The notes under the pieces were generated by a model, which was given only the letters and a program-made list of their open reading frames with translations, was not told where the DNA came from and searched no databases. From contig SMSO01000032.1 in NCBI GenBank assembly GCA_004764695.1, positions 992,001-1,056,000 of the forward strand: a stretch of 64,000 nucleotides of DNA, written 5' to 3'. Numbering within the stretch: position 1 is the stretch's first letter; the number at the start of each line of letters is the position of its first letter. The stretch comes from Schizochytrium sp. TIO01. Taxonomy: Eukaryota; Protista; Bigyra: Labyrinthulomycetes. A program made the position numbers and the translations under genes. Below, one piece after another: positions 34,462 through 44,729 of the stretch.

Positions 34462-37400
34462 ATGACCTTCGAGGAGCTTGATGATGTCTTGCGACAAATT
34501 GCCCATGCAGTGGGGTCTCTCGTGATTGCATTTATCGTGTTCCAAATTGCACGGCTTGTGCAGTTGAACTACACTAACACACGCATACTCACGCACAGGG
34601 AACGGAAACGCCATGCATCATTCCGAGGAGGTGTTGATGGTGTCCGTGAGAACGCTGCTTGGCTTGTTGAGGAGCTGCTTTCTGCGGGACATATTGGGCT
34701 TAAAAGCCAGGACGAGGGGATGCCCCCTGAGTGGGAACGGCTGTATCCGAGCCGTGCTGTGGCCTATGACTTTGACCATGCAGGGACCACCTGCAAGCTC
34801 ACAACTGCAGACATGATTGGCATCCGTTGGGGGCTCCCTCTTAACGTCTCAATGGAGCTCGGGCTCTTTGCTGATCTGATCGTACGCGACTTCATTCTCT
34901 GTTGGTACAGCGAAAGTATTTCAAAAGAACCACAGTTTCCGGACGATGTCCGGTCTGTTTTGCAAAGTGTTTTGGGAAAGCTTGGTGATAGGATCCTGCG
35001 CATCAACCTTCCTATGTTCATTTTGTGCGATATTTCGTATGTTCTGCGACATCATCTACGATGGTTCTCTGAGTTAAAGAAGAGGGCTCGTAAGCGCTGC
35101 CACCCTGAGTCAGAGTTCGACATTATTTCTCAAGAGGATCGCAACAAACTCATAATGGAAGAGTTTCGCCGTGCTGGGCACTTACATCCTGCGTGTAGTA
35201 TAACTGGCGAGCCAAACGATCCGCGGACAATGTCCTATGTTCGCAGCATAACTAGTGAACTATTGGTGCGACTGCTACCAGAAGCAGACTACCATTGCGC
35301 AGGATTGCGCCACCTTGTCAGAGAGGTTCTTACGTGTAACATTCTTGTCCCCACGCTGGAGTCCGTGACACCAGACGTTCTAAATTCTGTCATCTTGCAA
35401 CTTCTACGAGGGTCTGATGAAGATGAGGAAGACGATCCAGACGCCACTCATAACATTGCAGAAGGCTCCGATGAATACGCTGCAAAGCTCGCACATGGTC
35501 TCTCTGAGGCCCAAGAATCAGCAGATGCCTCTGCTAAAGAGGCTGCAAACACAACTGTCACTTCAGACACATCCTCAATTTTGTCTCCGCAAATGTATGC
35601 GGAGCCAGATAGCAACAAGTTCGAGGTCTCCCCAGTACTCTCTGCATCAAAGCGCGATGAGCGATCAGTGTCAACTATGTCAGCAAACACTTTTGACCTC
35701 GGTGGTAGCGCCGAACGCACTGACTTTCAGCCTCAGCAGAGCATTGACTTCATTCACGAAGCCGACGCAGCCATGCGAAGGGAAGAGGCTGGTCGTCTTA
35801 TGGTAGATTTGCAAAGTGTTTTGAGCGAGAGTGTAGCCCAGTTTACCTCAAGCCCAGATAATCCTCTAGGAAATGATTCACCTGTTGGCATGCGTCTCCT
35901 CGAAGTCTTGGATCGTCTACTTTCGCATGGGACCAAACAATTATTCGAAGAAAAATCTGCTGCCGTCATGTCACCATGGTGGGAATATGTACGTAAAGCT
36001 GGCGACATTGTTCCTCCCTCTGCAATGCCAACAAACGCTGTAGACTCTGTGTTGGACGCACTGGTTTTGGATGCTGACCATGATGCCAATCCTCCCAATT
36101 TGGATTCCACGACATCAACTAGTGGTGAAGACAATGGCAAAGACAATCAGAACCAGCAAGATGACGAAAACGATGCTAATAAGGGTAAGGACAAGCCCAA
36201 TGTGCCATCAAAGGAAGTAAGTCAAGAAAGCAATCAGCAACAACAACAAAACAAAAGTACTCCCAGTCCAACCAGTAATAGATCAAGCAAACGGCGAAGC
36301 CGAAATGGTATTCTGACTCCAGGGCGTGCTTGGCTTGCGATGATGCTCAAGCACAAGCTGCTGGCTGAAACAATCCAGGCGTTACTTCAGGATCATCCTC
36401 GAACCGATTTGCACTATACTAAATCTGCTGCAATTCGAGCTGAGCGCCTGGTTCCGACTCTCGCGACCCTCAATGGCGTCAACTTTGACTTTAATCTTCA
36501 AAAATTCTGGGAGCATGCTTCACGTGTGCGTTCGCAGCTAGAAAATAAGGGCATCACCATAATCAAGCAAGAAGGCTTACGTAAGCTTCGTCAGCGAGTG
36601 CGAAAGAAACTTGCCAAGCAAATGAAAACCTATGCTTCATCGGTTCCAGACCAGGCTATTGTTGCATTGCAGGACCGCGTCGGTGCTATTAGGAGTGTCA
36701 TCAGTGGCTTCACCGTTAAGTCGTCTGGTAGGTCCAGCTATGTTCAGTACATTATTACTTTGTCTCTCACACGCCGCGTTGACGGGGGGGTCGCTACTTG
36801 GACGATCTATCGCCGCTATTCTCGTTTCTATGAGTTGCACCACGCCCTACGCAATCATTATGGCTACCAATTTGATGATGTAGATCTGCCAAAGAAGGGT
36901 GGAATTTTTAGTTCGCAGAATATGAGTTTCATAAACAGTCGCAAAGAAGAGCTTGCTAAATACCTGGAGAAAGTGCTTGAGCACCCTGTCGTATGTGACT
37001 CCGAGGAGGTGCTTACATTCATAAGTCCCGAAACAGCACAAGAACTAACAGATACGGCAGAGAGTATGTCTCCGGCCTCACACCAAGACACACATCTCCC
37101 TGATGGTTCTATTGCTGAACCCCACGTGGAGACTTCACTTCCGGACCCGTCAGGCGAGCCAAGTCGACTTGGTCTTCCACAACATGATGAAGCGGAGACA
37201 ACACGCGTAACATCTACTTCCCCAATATTGCGATCTCCTGTTACTAGTAACAAATCTACGTCAGGAACTACAGCAGCTGCTAGTGCTGGACGCGATCCGC
37301 CAAAGTTGCCTCGCAGGCCTAGTGATCCCAGAATTGGAGCTGCAGAACTCCAAAATGCTGAGGATCACATGTATAAGCTTGCCCAGGAAATCTTTGAGTT

Positions 37401-37875
37401 CCATGAGCTTTCACTTCTTCGACGCAATCTTATCTCAATCACAAGGAACATTGTCTCTTTAGTGTTCCAAGGTTCGGCACAACGTTGGCTACGGGATAAC
37501 TATACACGTGATGCGAGTGCCAAGCTTTTCGCCAAGCTTTTGGCGACTGTACGCGAGCTTTTATGGCCCAACGGTGAATTTGGTGACGGTGACCATGAGG
37601 CTTCAAAGGATGAGGCAGAATTAAAAGCTGAGGTCAACGCTGCCGAATTACGACAGCGCCGCGATGAGGCACTTCAGGAGATACTTGATCATATTCCACA
37701 ACCTATGGCCAAATTTATGGGTAAGGACAAAGCCCATCGTTGCGTAAGGAAGCTTCATGAATTTCTACAGCATCCTACTCTTATTCACAATTTACTTTTT
37801 ACATCAATGGATCTACTCCTGCTTCGGATCTTCCCTGACCTCCCTCTGAAAGCATTGCATCACAAGCTTCGATAG
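34462..37875 (+). CDS. SNX13/14/Mdm1-like sorting nexin with TM-PXA-RUN-PX-PXC(Nexin_C) architecture
   Basis: 1137 aa. N-terminal TM; PXA (LIVRDFILCWYS..S.EPQF, HLHPA, RHLVREVL); RUN-like region (LLSHG..WWEYV..GRAWL..L..Y..A); PX (WTIYRRYSRFYELH..LPKK..RKEELAKYL); Nexin_C (RELLWPNG, FLQHPTLIHNL). Confidence 0.9.
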   Translation: MTFEELDDVLRQIAHAVGSLVIAFIVFQIARLVQLNYTNTRILTHRERKRHASFRGGVDGVRENAAWLVEELLSAGHIGLKSQDEGMPPEWERLYPSRAVAYDFDHAGTTCKLTTADMIGIRWGLPLNVSMELGLFADLIVRDFILCWYSESISKEPQFPDDVRSVLQSVLGKLGDRILRINLPMFILCDISYVLRHHLRWFSELKKRARKRCHPESEFDIISQEDRNKLIMEEFRRAGHLHPACSITGEPNDPRTMSYVRSITSELLVRLLPEADYHCAGLRHLVREVLTCNILVPTLESVTPDVLNSVILQLLRGSDEDEEDDPDATHNIAEGSDEYAAKLAHGLSEAQESADASAKEAANTTVTSDTSSILSPQMYAEPDSNKFEVSPVLSASKRDERSVSTMSANTFDLGGSAERTDFQPQQSIDFIHEADAAMRREEAGRLMVDLQSVLSESVAQFTSSPDNPLGNDSPVGMRLLEVLDRLLSHGTKQLFEEKSAAVMSPWWEYVRKAGDIVPPSAMPTNAVDSVLDALVLDADHDANPPNLDSTTSTSGEDNGKDNQNQQDDENDANKGKDKPNVPSKEVSQESNQQQQQNKSTPSPTSNRSSKRRSRNGILTPGRAWLAMMLKHKLLAETIQALLQDHPRTDLHYTKSAAIRAERLVPTLATLNGVNFDFNLQKFWEHASRVRSQLENKGITIIKQEGLRKLRQRVRKKLAKQMKTYASSVPDQAIVALQDRVGAIRSVISGFTVKSSGRSSYVQYIITLSLTRRVDGGVATWTIYRRYSRFYELHHALRNHYGYQFDDVDLPKKGGIFSSQNMSFINSRKEELAKYLEKVLEHPVVCDSEEVLTFISPETAQELTDTAESMSPASHQDTHLPDGSIAEPHVETSLPDPSGEPSRLGLPQHDEAETTRVTSTSPILRSPVTSNKSTSGTTAAASAGRDPPKLPRRPSDPRIGAAELQNAEDHMYKLAQEIFEFHELSLLRRNLISITRNIVSLVFQGSAQRWLRDNYTRDASAKLFAKLLATVRELLWPNGEFGDGDHEASKDEAELKAEVNAAELRQRRDEALQEILDHIPQPMAKFMGKDKAHRCVRKLHEFLQHPTLIHNLLFTSMDLLLLRIFPDLPLKALHHKLR

Positions 37876-38477
37876 GCGTATTGTTAGATTTGACTATCTA
37901 CTCCAGCAAAGTCCATCCTACGATTCATAAGGAGAAAGGTGAGGGGGTGACAATTTTGATTCGCTCACAAACTAGCGAGTGCCTTCTACTTGTTAGCCTA
38001 GCTGTGTGACATACAGGTAGCTTTAGTTAAGTCTCTTAAAATACATGAGCACAAGCAATTTTATTTTGATCCATAGAATTAGTCTCTATTTCAAAAGTGA
38101 TTTTGTAAACTTCGCATATGGTAGAAAGGTTTTACTCAGAAGCACAGCTGCGCAACTTGTCAATCTGGGTGGCAAGAAAGAAATTTGAATTCGGACGATG
38201 CTAACGTAGAAAATAACACCAAAAGCTACAATTATGTATAACCTGTATAATGTGTTCGTGAAAGGAAATGAAATAAAGAGCGATGCGATATATCCACCAA
38301 GGTGGTGAACAAAAAATACCTATTACTTCATGGCTATCCGCACAAATCAAGAGATTTAAAATGTGATTTACGGAAGAAGGTATCACGTATACAAAAGCAA
38401 TATGTTGCCCTCGTGATTCTATTCACGTTATTTTAGAAGTGCAAGCTTGAATGATAACAACAAAACAAAAAATGCAC

Positions 38478-40454
38478 TTATTCGTGAATACGAACGCGGT
38501 ACACGCACGTGAAGTCGGGGTGGTCATGATTAGATGAGAACTGAATCTTTATCCAAGAAAGCAAGTGACTGTGAGGCACAAGCTCAAATGTTTGCACCTG
38601 CTGGCCAAGAAGGGCATCGTAGGCAAAGGAGCCAAGCTCGATGTGGTCTTCCTCATCCCCGTTAAATTCCGGAAGTCGACGCAATCCCCACACAGTGAAG
38701 TCCTTTGGTGCACTACGGATATCAATGGCCACTTGAGGAGATATGTGATCAATAGAGACCCGCGTCGGCACAATAGATTTATGAAGAGCAATTGTGACAT
38801 TACAAGCATGCGGTAAACAAGCGTAGCAATTACCAATAGTTGTGTCTGAGTCAATAACAGCTTCTGGAGGCCGGGTACGCGAGAAAAGGTGCTGCAACGG
38901 ATTATAAGACTTGCTAAATGGGGTATATGGTAATCCTGTGAGTCCTTGCCTATGCACAATGTGGCTCCCGAGCACCTCGAGCGCATGGTCTGGCAGGCCG
39001 ATTTTATCAGCTGCATAGAGTTCAAGACGTTTGTCTACAACAGACTTGAGAGTCGTCAAATTACGACACTCCTGGTTACTGTTTTGACTGTTACCGGCAT
39101 TTGCTGTTGCAGCAGCAGCAGCGGCGGCGGCATTTGCGGAGGCTTCGCTGGCCTGGCAAGCCAACTGCGCAGCCGTGCTTGAATCAATTGCGTTTTGAGC
39201 AATTTTTTGTGAATCTTGCAAGCTTGCTTCAGCAGCCTCGAGGCGCTTTTCAGATGCGTGCGAGAACTCCTTGATAGATACCAGAAGCTGCTCAAACTCT
39301 TTAGCGTGTGCTTCGTCATCCTCACTGGTGTCGCGCGCAGCAGCCGCATGTTCTTCTAATTTTTTCACGGCATCTTCTAAAGCTGTTTTAATGTCGTTTA
39401 AGTGTGCCTCGCGAGCTTTCTCAGCAAGACTCTTGTCTTTGTCAATAGCAGCAACAAGGGACTCAACTTTGCCCTCCATCTCTCCCAAAGATAAGTCAGA
39501 CTGAAGTTTTTGCATTTCGTCTCTAATGATTGCGGCAACATATATAGGATCCAAACCAATATCACCAGTCGTTGGTGTTGCAATTTCTTGCTTAGACGAG
39601 GTAGAAGGCGAGAGAGTTTCACTGGTATTAAGCAGGTGGCTTGGGTTGGCTCCCAGGCCCTCAAGGTCACGAGGGAGCATGCTGAGAATACCAATTATAA
39701 AAGTAGCTACAAGGCAGGCCATGAGCCTTCGGAAAAGCGTTTGATGGTCCATTGCATCAAACTTGCTCTTCACAGATACCGCACCTGATGCGATGGCCCC
39801 AAATGCTGATTTAATCATGTTCCACACTACCATGACTGCTGAGAGTAGCTTCTGAACAGCTACTCGCACCAGTACAATGATGACGTCGCACAGTGCTGTG
39901 ATGATGCCCGGATGTCTAACTTCAGCAGTGCCATCATCGTCTTTCTTGTCCTCCATTTCCTCATAATCCTCCTCATCGTCATCTTCGGGGGCGCTATTAT
40001 CGCCTCCAACTTGATCTCCTTCTACAGCACTGTGATCAGATCCCTCATCGTTGGAAGCTTGAGCACCATCGTTTTCTTCGTCCCCTGAATCATTATTAGA
40101 TACTTCAGCGGCGCTCTCACTAGCCTCGTTTCTTTCCTGGTCTTCAGTTCCTAAAGGAACAGAGGCATTGTCTTCAGCGGCAGAGGTGACATTATCCTCA
40201 CGGCTTTCCAATTCGTTTGCGTTTTTATCCTCCTGATCTGGGTTTCCGCTTTGTTGAAGGCTCTCCATAGACCCGGACCTGGACCTGCCGCGTCGGAATC
40301 TGCCGACAGCCTCCATTACTGTTAGAGAATTAGCCATGTTACGCATGCGCTCACGCCTTCGCGTGTCATGATTGTGCGCTGGAGAGAGTGGGAGGTTGTC
40401 TCTGGATAAACTTGACGACCTGCGCCTCGCCAGCGGCCTCTCGTTGCCGCTCAT
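38478..40454 (-). CDS. SUN-domain (Sad1/UNC-84) nuclear envelope protein
   Basis: First ATG at 40454. Basic/acidic N-terminus, TM (LMACLVATFIIGILSML), coiled coil and C-terminal SUN domain (YAADKIGLPDHAL..G, GNCYA, IDHIS..DIRSAPKDFTVWG, SNHDHPDFTCVYRVRIH). Confidence 0.93.
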   Translation of the reverse strand: MSGNERPLARRRSSSLSRDNLPLSPAHNHDTRRRERMRNMANSLTVMEAVGRFRRGRSRSGSMESLQQSGNPDQEDKNANELESREDNVTSAAEDNASVPLGTEDQERNEASESAAEVSNNDSGDEENDGAQASNDEGSDHSAVEGDQVGGDNSAPEDDDEEDYEEMEDKKDDDGTAEVRHPGIITALCDVIIVLVRVAVQKLLSAVMVVWNMIKSAFGAIASGAVSVKSKFDAMDHQTLFRRLMACLVATFIIGILSMLPRDLEGLGANPSHLLNTSETLSPSTSSKQEIATPTTGDIGLDPIYVAAIIRDEMQKLQSDLSLGEMEGKVESLVAAIDKDKSLAEKAREAHLNDIKTALEDAVKKLEEHAAAARDTSEDDEAHAKEFEQLLVSIKEFSHASEKRLEAAEASLQDSQKIAQNAIDSSTAAQLACQASEASANAAAAAAAATANAGNSQNSNQECRNLTTLKSVVDKRLELYAADKIGLPDHALEVLGSHIVHRQGLTGLPYTPFSKSYNPLQHLFSRTRPPEAVIDSDTTIGNCYACLPHACNVTIALHKSIVPTRVSIDHISPQVAIDIRSAPKDFTVWGLRRLPEFNGDEEDHIELGSFAYDALLGQQVQTFELVPHSHLLSWIKIQFSSNHDHPDFTCVYRVRIHE

Positions 40455-41537
40455 GCCGAGATCAGTCTCTGGCAACTCGCCACTCCCTCTTCTCCAGAGC
40501 CTTGCCTTGGTGAAAAGGAAATGCTCCACACAGATCGTCGGTATCTCCACAATCTGTCTTCGATAGCACAGCTTCTGCAGAATTGAGGATTGTCATGATC
40601 TATGCTGTACTAACGAATTCTTTTAATACTTGTTGATAGCGCATTGCTAGGAGTTAGGTACTACTAGTGCTTTCTTGTCTTCTTTTGATATATAAAAGCA
40701 CATGCGGTCGTTAGGTATCAATATTTTGGAGCCCATGCATAGAGGCTAGCCTAGCGCAATATCATTTTTAAAATGGCTTTGTTTGAGTTGCGAAAGAGGA
40801 CTTGATAATAGTTATCAAGAAGTGAAGGCCCTAGATTTTAGCATATGCTTGTAATGATTGAGCTTTAATTAAACCTCTTGCCAAGCCCAGAATATTTCTT
40901 GTTTTGAGAGTCTCAAGATGCAACAAAGTCGAATATATGCACCTCTTCTTCTACGATATTTGCTTTTAGAGACCTGATCTAGAGATTTTTGGACCTCAAT
41001 AGCTTGTTTCCTTGTCCCTCCTCTCAGTCTACTTGTTGATCCCAACAACAAATTCGTTGTATGTAGGTAGGTAGAGAGCTCATCACGACAAAGTTCATTA
41101 TTCACTCTGATGATATTAGACAATCGTATTCATTCGTTCTATAAATTATTTCTCCGTCCATCCATACTAGCCACCACAGCTTTGACATAGTACTATGCAA
41201 TCACTCATACCTTTTACACTCGGGGGGTAAACTTTTTAATCTTTTACACATGAAGAATGCTTTGATTCAGAAAAATGATGAAGATAGAGATCTTGGACTC
41301 ATCAATAGCTCGATTGTTCTATTTTCTGCTCTTTTCTCTATAAGTGGGGTGTCTGTATACTCTACTTTACGGTTACAGTCACATAGTTGAGGAAACCCCA
41401 TTATAGTCTACTTTGCGCAGATAGACCTTATGTGAGTCGATCTCTCTCTGAGTGCGGCCGACGGCGAGGCAAATCCCTGACTCCCTTGTCAGGCACTCAA
41501 CCTTTTGGGTTTTGCTGCGGAGCAGGTGGCGTTGACG

Positions 41538-43013
41538 ATGAATCGTCGTGCAGTGGCACATCGGCGAGCTCGCTCGCTGCAGCGAGCCGCAGCACGTTCG
41601 CTGCGGAGTTGGCGAGGTACACTCTGGCAGCCGTGGCTCATGCTAACAGCGCTTGCTTTCATATTGGCACCTTTGACGTTGTGGTCTTTTTACCTCATGC
41701 GAGTCCAGGCCGACGTCAGGGCTGCGTCCAAAAATTCGGATATGGGTATGGACAACAGATTCGCTCTGCGAGCATCTCCTAATTCTTTGCAGAATGGAAT
41801 GGCCTTGCCTACTAATTTGCAGCAGGCAGCTTCTGCGAATTTGTTGCAGCAAGCGGCATCTTCGAATTCGCAACAGCTCAACCCTCCGAGTAGAGTAGAG
41901 TTTAATGTGAACATCGAAGATGAGCTTGCCAACTGGCTCGACTCTGACATGCACAGGTGCGGGTATATTGAAAATTTGCTATCTAATGGTAAAGCTGTTG
42001 GAAACCCGCTTCCACAGTCAGGAACAGCCAGAAGGGGTGGGCCATTTTACTTGAAACAACCAGTCCTGCACACGGTAGATCCAGTGTCAGGTGCAGAGGT
42101 AATGGTACTCAGGTATAATATTTATAACAGAGACCCTTCGTGGACACAGCATACTGACAAATTCCGCAACACAGTCAAGGTACTGCTGAAAAACCGCCGC
42201 GAAGCGTCATCAGTATTTCCGAAGCTCTACGGGTTTTGTAATGACATTAATGGATACCACCACATTGTTGTCGAGTACGTCCCCTATGAGGTCTATGATC
42301 TGCCTACACCTACAACGCCTGAACAGTGCTTCTTGCGTGCTGATAGAATTCTCGGCCTCTTCTCCACGGTTGATGAGAAATTCCACCTTACCTTTGCAGA
42401 CATCAAACCTGGCCAATGGATGTTCCGCGCTGATGAGTCTGCGGTTTTGCAGGACATCGACGATATTGTGCCACCTGGGACACCGATGATTTATTCAGAC
42501 CAGGCTAAGTGGCACATGGACCGCATCACTGGCGAGCTGCATATGAAGTGGCAGGACCTTGACAAGATCTGGAAACTCAAGATGTTCCCAAGAAATGAAC
42601 TCTCTGCTCGCTACATGGTCATCAACGCTCCGTTTGTCCTCGATAACCTTGGATTCCATTGGCACAAATGTGGTATGGATACAGAATTTATGCAATGCAA
42701 GAGCGACTGGAAGACTTGGGCCCTCGAACTTGAGGACGATGCCTGGCCTAGTCCTCTGCAACTCCACGAGGCATTCCGTAGCTGCTATGAATCTGGCACT
42801 TTCCTTCGCATGCCTAGACCCCCCGCACCATGGCGGGACCTTACCCCAGGTGACTCAAACACCTATGTAATGCCGTCATCTTGTTCACGCGAATATGATA
42901 AACCCTCAAAGTCTTCTCGTTTACAGATGTGTGAACACTCATGTTGTCGCGGAAAGGGAAGTAATCCGTGCTACTATACCGCACCTATGGCAGAGTGCCA
43001 GAAAGCGACTTGA
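41538..43013 (+). CDS. Type II membrane secretory-pathway kinase-like protein (PKDCC/POMK/FAM69-like)
   Basis: Basic N-terminus plus signal anchor (WLMLTALAFILAPLTLWSFYL). Motifs FPKLYGFC, HIVVEY, ADIKPGQW and LQDIDD match the DxxxxQF / LxDLDD signature of this family. Cys-rich tail. Confidence 0.75.
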   Translation: MNRRAVAHRRARSLQRAAARSLRSWRGTLWQPWLMLTALAFILAPLTLWSFYLMRVQADVRAASKNSDMGMDNRFALRASPNSLQNGMALPTNLQQAASANLLQQAASSNSQQLNPPSRVEFNVNIEDELANWLDSDMHRCGYIENLLSNGKAVGNPLPQSGTARRGGPFYLKQPVLHTVDPVSGAEVMVLRYNIYNRDPSWTQHTDKFRNTVKVLLKNRREASSVFPKLYGFCNDINGYHHIVVEYVPYEVYDLPTPTTPEQCFLRADRILGLFSTVDEKFHLTFADIKPGQWMFRADESAVLQDIDDIVPPGTPMIYSDQAKWHMDRITGELHMKWQDLDKIWKLKMFPRNELSARYMVINAPFVLDNLGFHWHKCGMDTEFMQCKSDWKTWALELEDDAWPSPLQLHEAFRSCYESGTFLRMPRPPAPWRDLTPGDSNTYVMPSSCSREYDKPSKSSRLQMCEHSCCRGKGSNPCYYTAPMAECQKAT

Positions 43014-43838
43014 GTGCAAGCTTGGCAGATTATTGCATTTCGTATTCGACTAGTTGTGAACGGTACATATCCGAGCGAAAAGAGAAAACCGATTTGAGTC
43101 TTACCTTACGAAATAATCGCACTCTTTTTTGCCATGATGATGTTGCTGATTTCCCCATGTTCTTTATTACACGCTTATTTAGGCGTAGATTGACTGATTG
43201 CACCCTCGTTTCGGCAACAATGGAGCTGCCTTTGGAGCCTCTTTTTTAGCATTAGAAGGCTGATTTTCGTAGAAGCTTTGTAAGAAGATCGCACCTTTTA
43301 ATTTTCTCCTTTTGAAAAGTTAGTCTTTGGATAAACTACTTATCAAGGAGTTTCTACGATTTGGAAAGGAGGTATTTTTTAAAGATTAAAATAATTCGAG
43401 CTCACCTGTTCTGTTGATCTGTCAATACATGAGCAATCTGATTTTGTCAATCCTAAAGGCAGGTCATAAACAAAGTGGGAAGGGGCTAGAATCCAGAGTC
43501 TGGCTTCATCAGCATTAATTCAAGAAAGTAGTCTGCACACGAATATTTCATTATGAAGGTCACTTTAGTTGAAATCATAAAAATAAATCTCGTAAACTAA
43601 TTTGATAGAAAAAATAAGGTAGCACGACTTTTACTCTAGAATTATGACTTATCTATGCTGCACAGGTCGTTCAAGGTCATTCATACTTCCAAGTATTAAA
43701 AAGAAGAAGCATTGAAGCAAATAATAGAGTATAGGAATGAAAATAAGGTTGATGTGGTTCAGTTCTTTGTATGTGAAGGAGGTAGATAGTAACGAAGTAC
43801 GTGTGCAAGTAGTAGTATGTGATAGTGGGCTAGACAAT

Positions 43839-44729
43839 TTATGGCTCAGCATGGTGTGGGTTGGATGCCAAATGCTTAACTCCTTCAGGAATAGGTGGTT
43901 TAATAGGCAGTGGGCTCACAAGCTTATATGACCCATCAGTTTGTTTCTCCATAACGGCGAGCTGTCCATTTTTGAACTTTTCCAGGCGGTTAAAAGTATT
44001 GACATCCCAGTGAAACCAACGCATGAGAAAGCAGTGGATGACCTTCGAATGGGTGATGATAACATAGTTGTTGGGCCGGTCCACATGCTTCCATTTGCGG
44101 TACATGGTCTCCATGAAGCTACTGACGCGGTCGTACACTTCAGCAGCAGACTCTCCCTGAGGCCAACGATAGAAGAAAGACCCAATCTTCTCAGATTGAT
44201 GTTTGTATTCTTCCATCTTTTCCGGGGCTGTGTTCAAGTGCCAGTCACCATGGTCCTGGTTGCGCAAACGAGGATCCTCTACGTACTGCAAACTCTCAAG
44301 ATCCGTAAATGAGCCCGAAACATAAGAAAATGATTGTTTGCAGCTCTTATAAGGAGACACATAAAATGTGCATGTGTCATCACCAATTATGTGCTTCAGA
44401 GCCACGCCAGCTCGCAACGCTTGGAGTTTGCCTTCCTCAGTGAGAGGTCGCTCGATTTCAGGTTTCAGGGCGCACACTGGAAGGCCTGCAACTTGGCAAT
44501 CACACGTATGTGAGTAGCCATGCGTCTGACCGTGGCGCATTAGAATAATACGTTGCGGTCGTTTATCTCCGCGCTGCCACATCTCAAAATTGTGCTTTTT
44601 GATGTTGTTAGCGACCTGGTCCGTAACGAACTCCGAAAACGAGTTCTCAGGCGGCAGAAACACCCACGCTGCAAACGGAGCAATGCCCAGAGTGGCACCT
44701 GCCGCGGCAGCTGCCATTGCACGTCGCAT
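43839..44729 (-). CDS. Histidine phosphatase / phosphoglycerate-mutase family protein (Det1/AT74-like)
   Basis: IILMRHGQ, LTEEGKLQA, YVSPY, EDPRLRNQD, FFYRWPQGESAAEVYDRV, IITH...FLMRWFHW; N-terminal hydrophobic anchor. Confidence 0.92.
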   Translation of the reverse strand: MRRAMAAAAAGATLGIAPFAAWVFLPPENSFSEFVTDQVANNIKKHNFEMWQRGDKRPQRIILMRHGQTHGYSHTCDCQVAGLPVCALKPEIERPLTEEGKLQALRAGVALKHIIGDDTCTFYVSPYKSCKQSFSYVSGSFTDLESLQYVEDPRLRNQDHGDWHLNTAPEKMEEYKHQSEKIGSFFYRWPQGESAAEVYDRVSSFMETMYRKWKHVDRPNNYVIITHSKVIHCFLMRWFHWDVNTFNRLEKFKNGQLAVMEKQTDGSYKLVSPLPIKPPIPEGVKHLASNPHHAEP

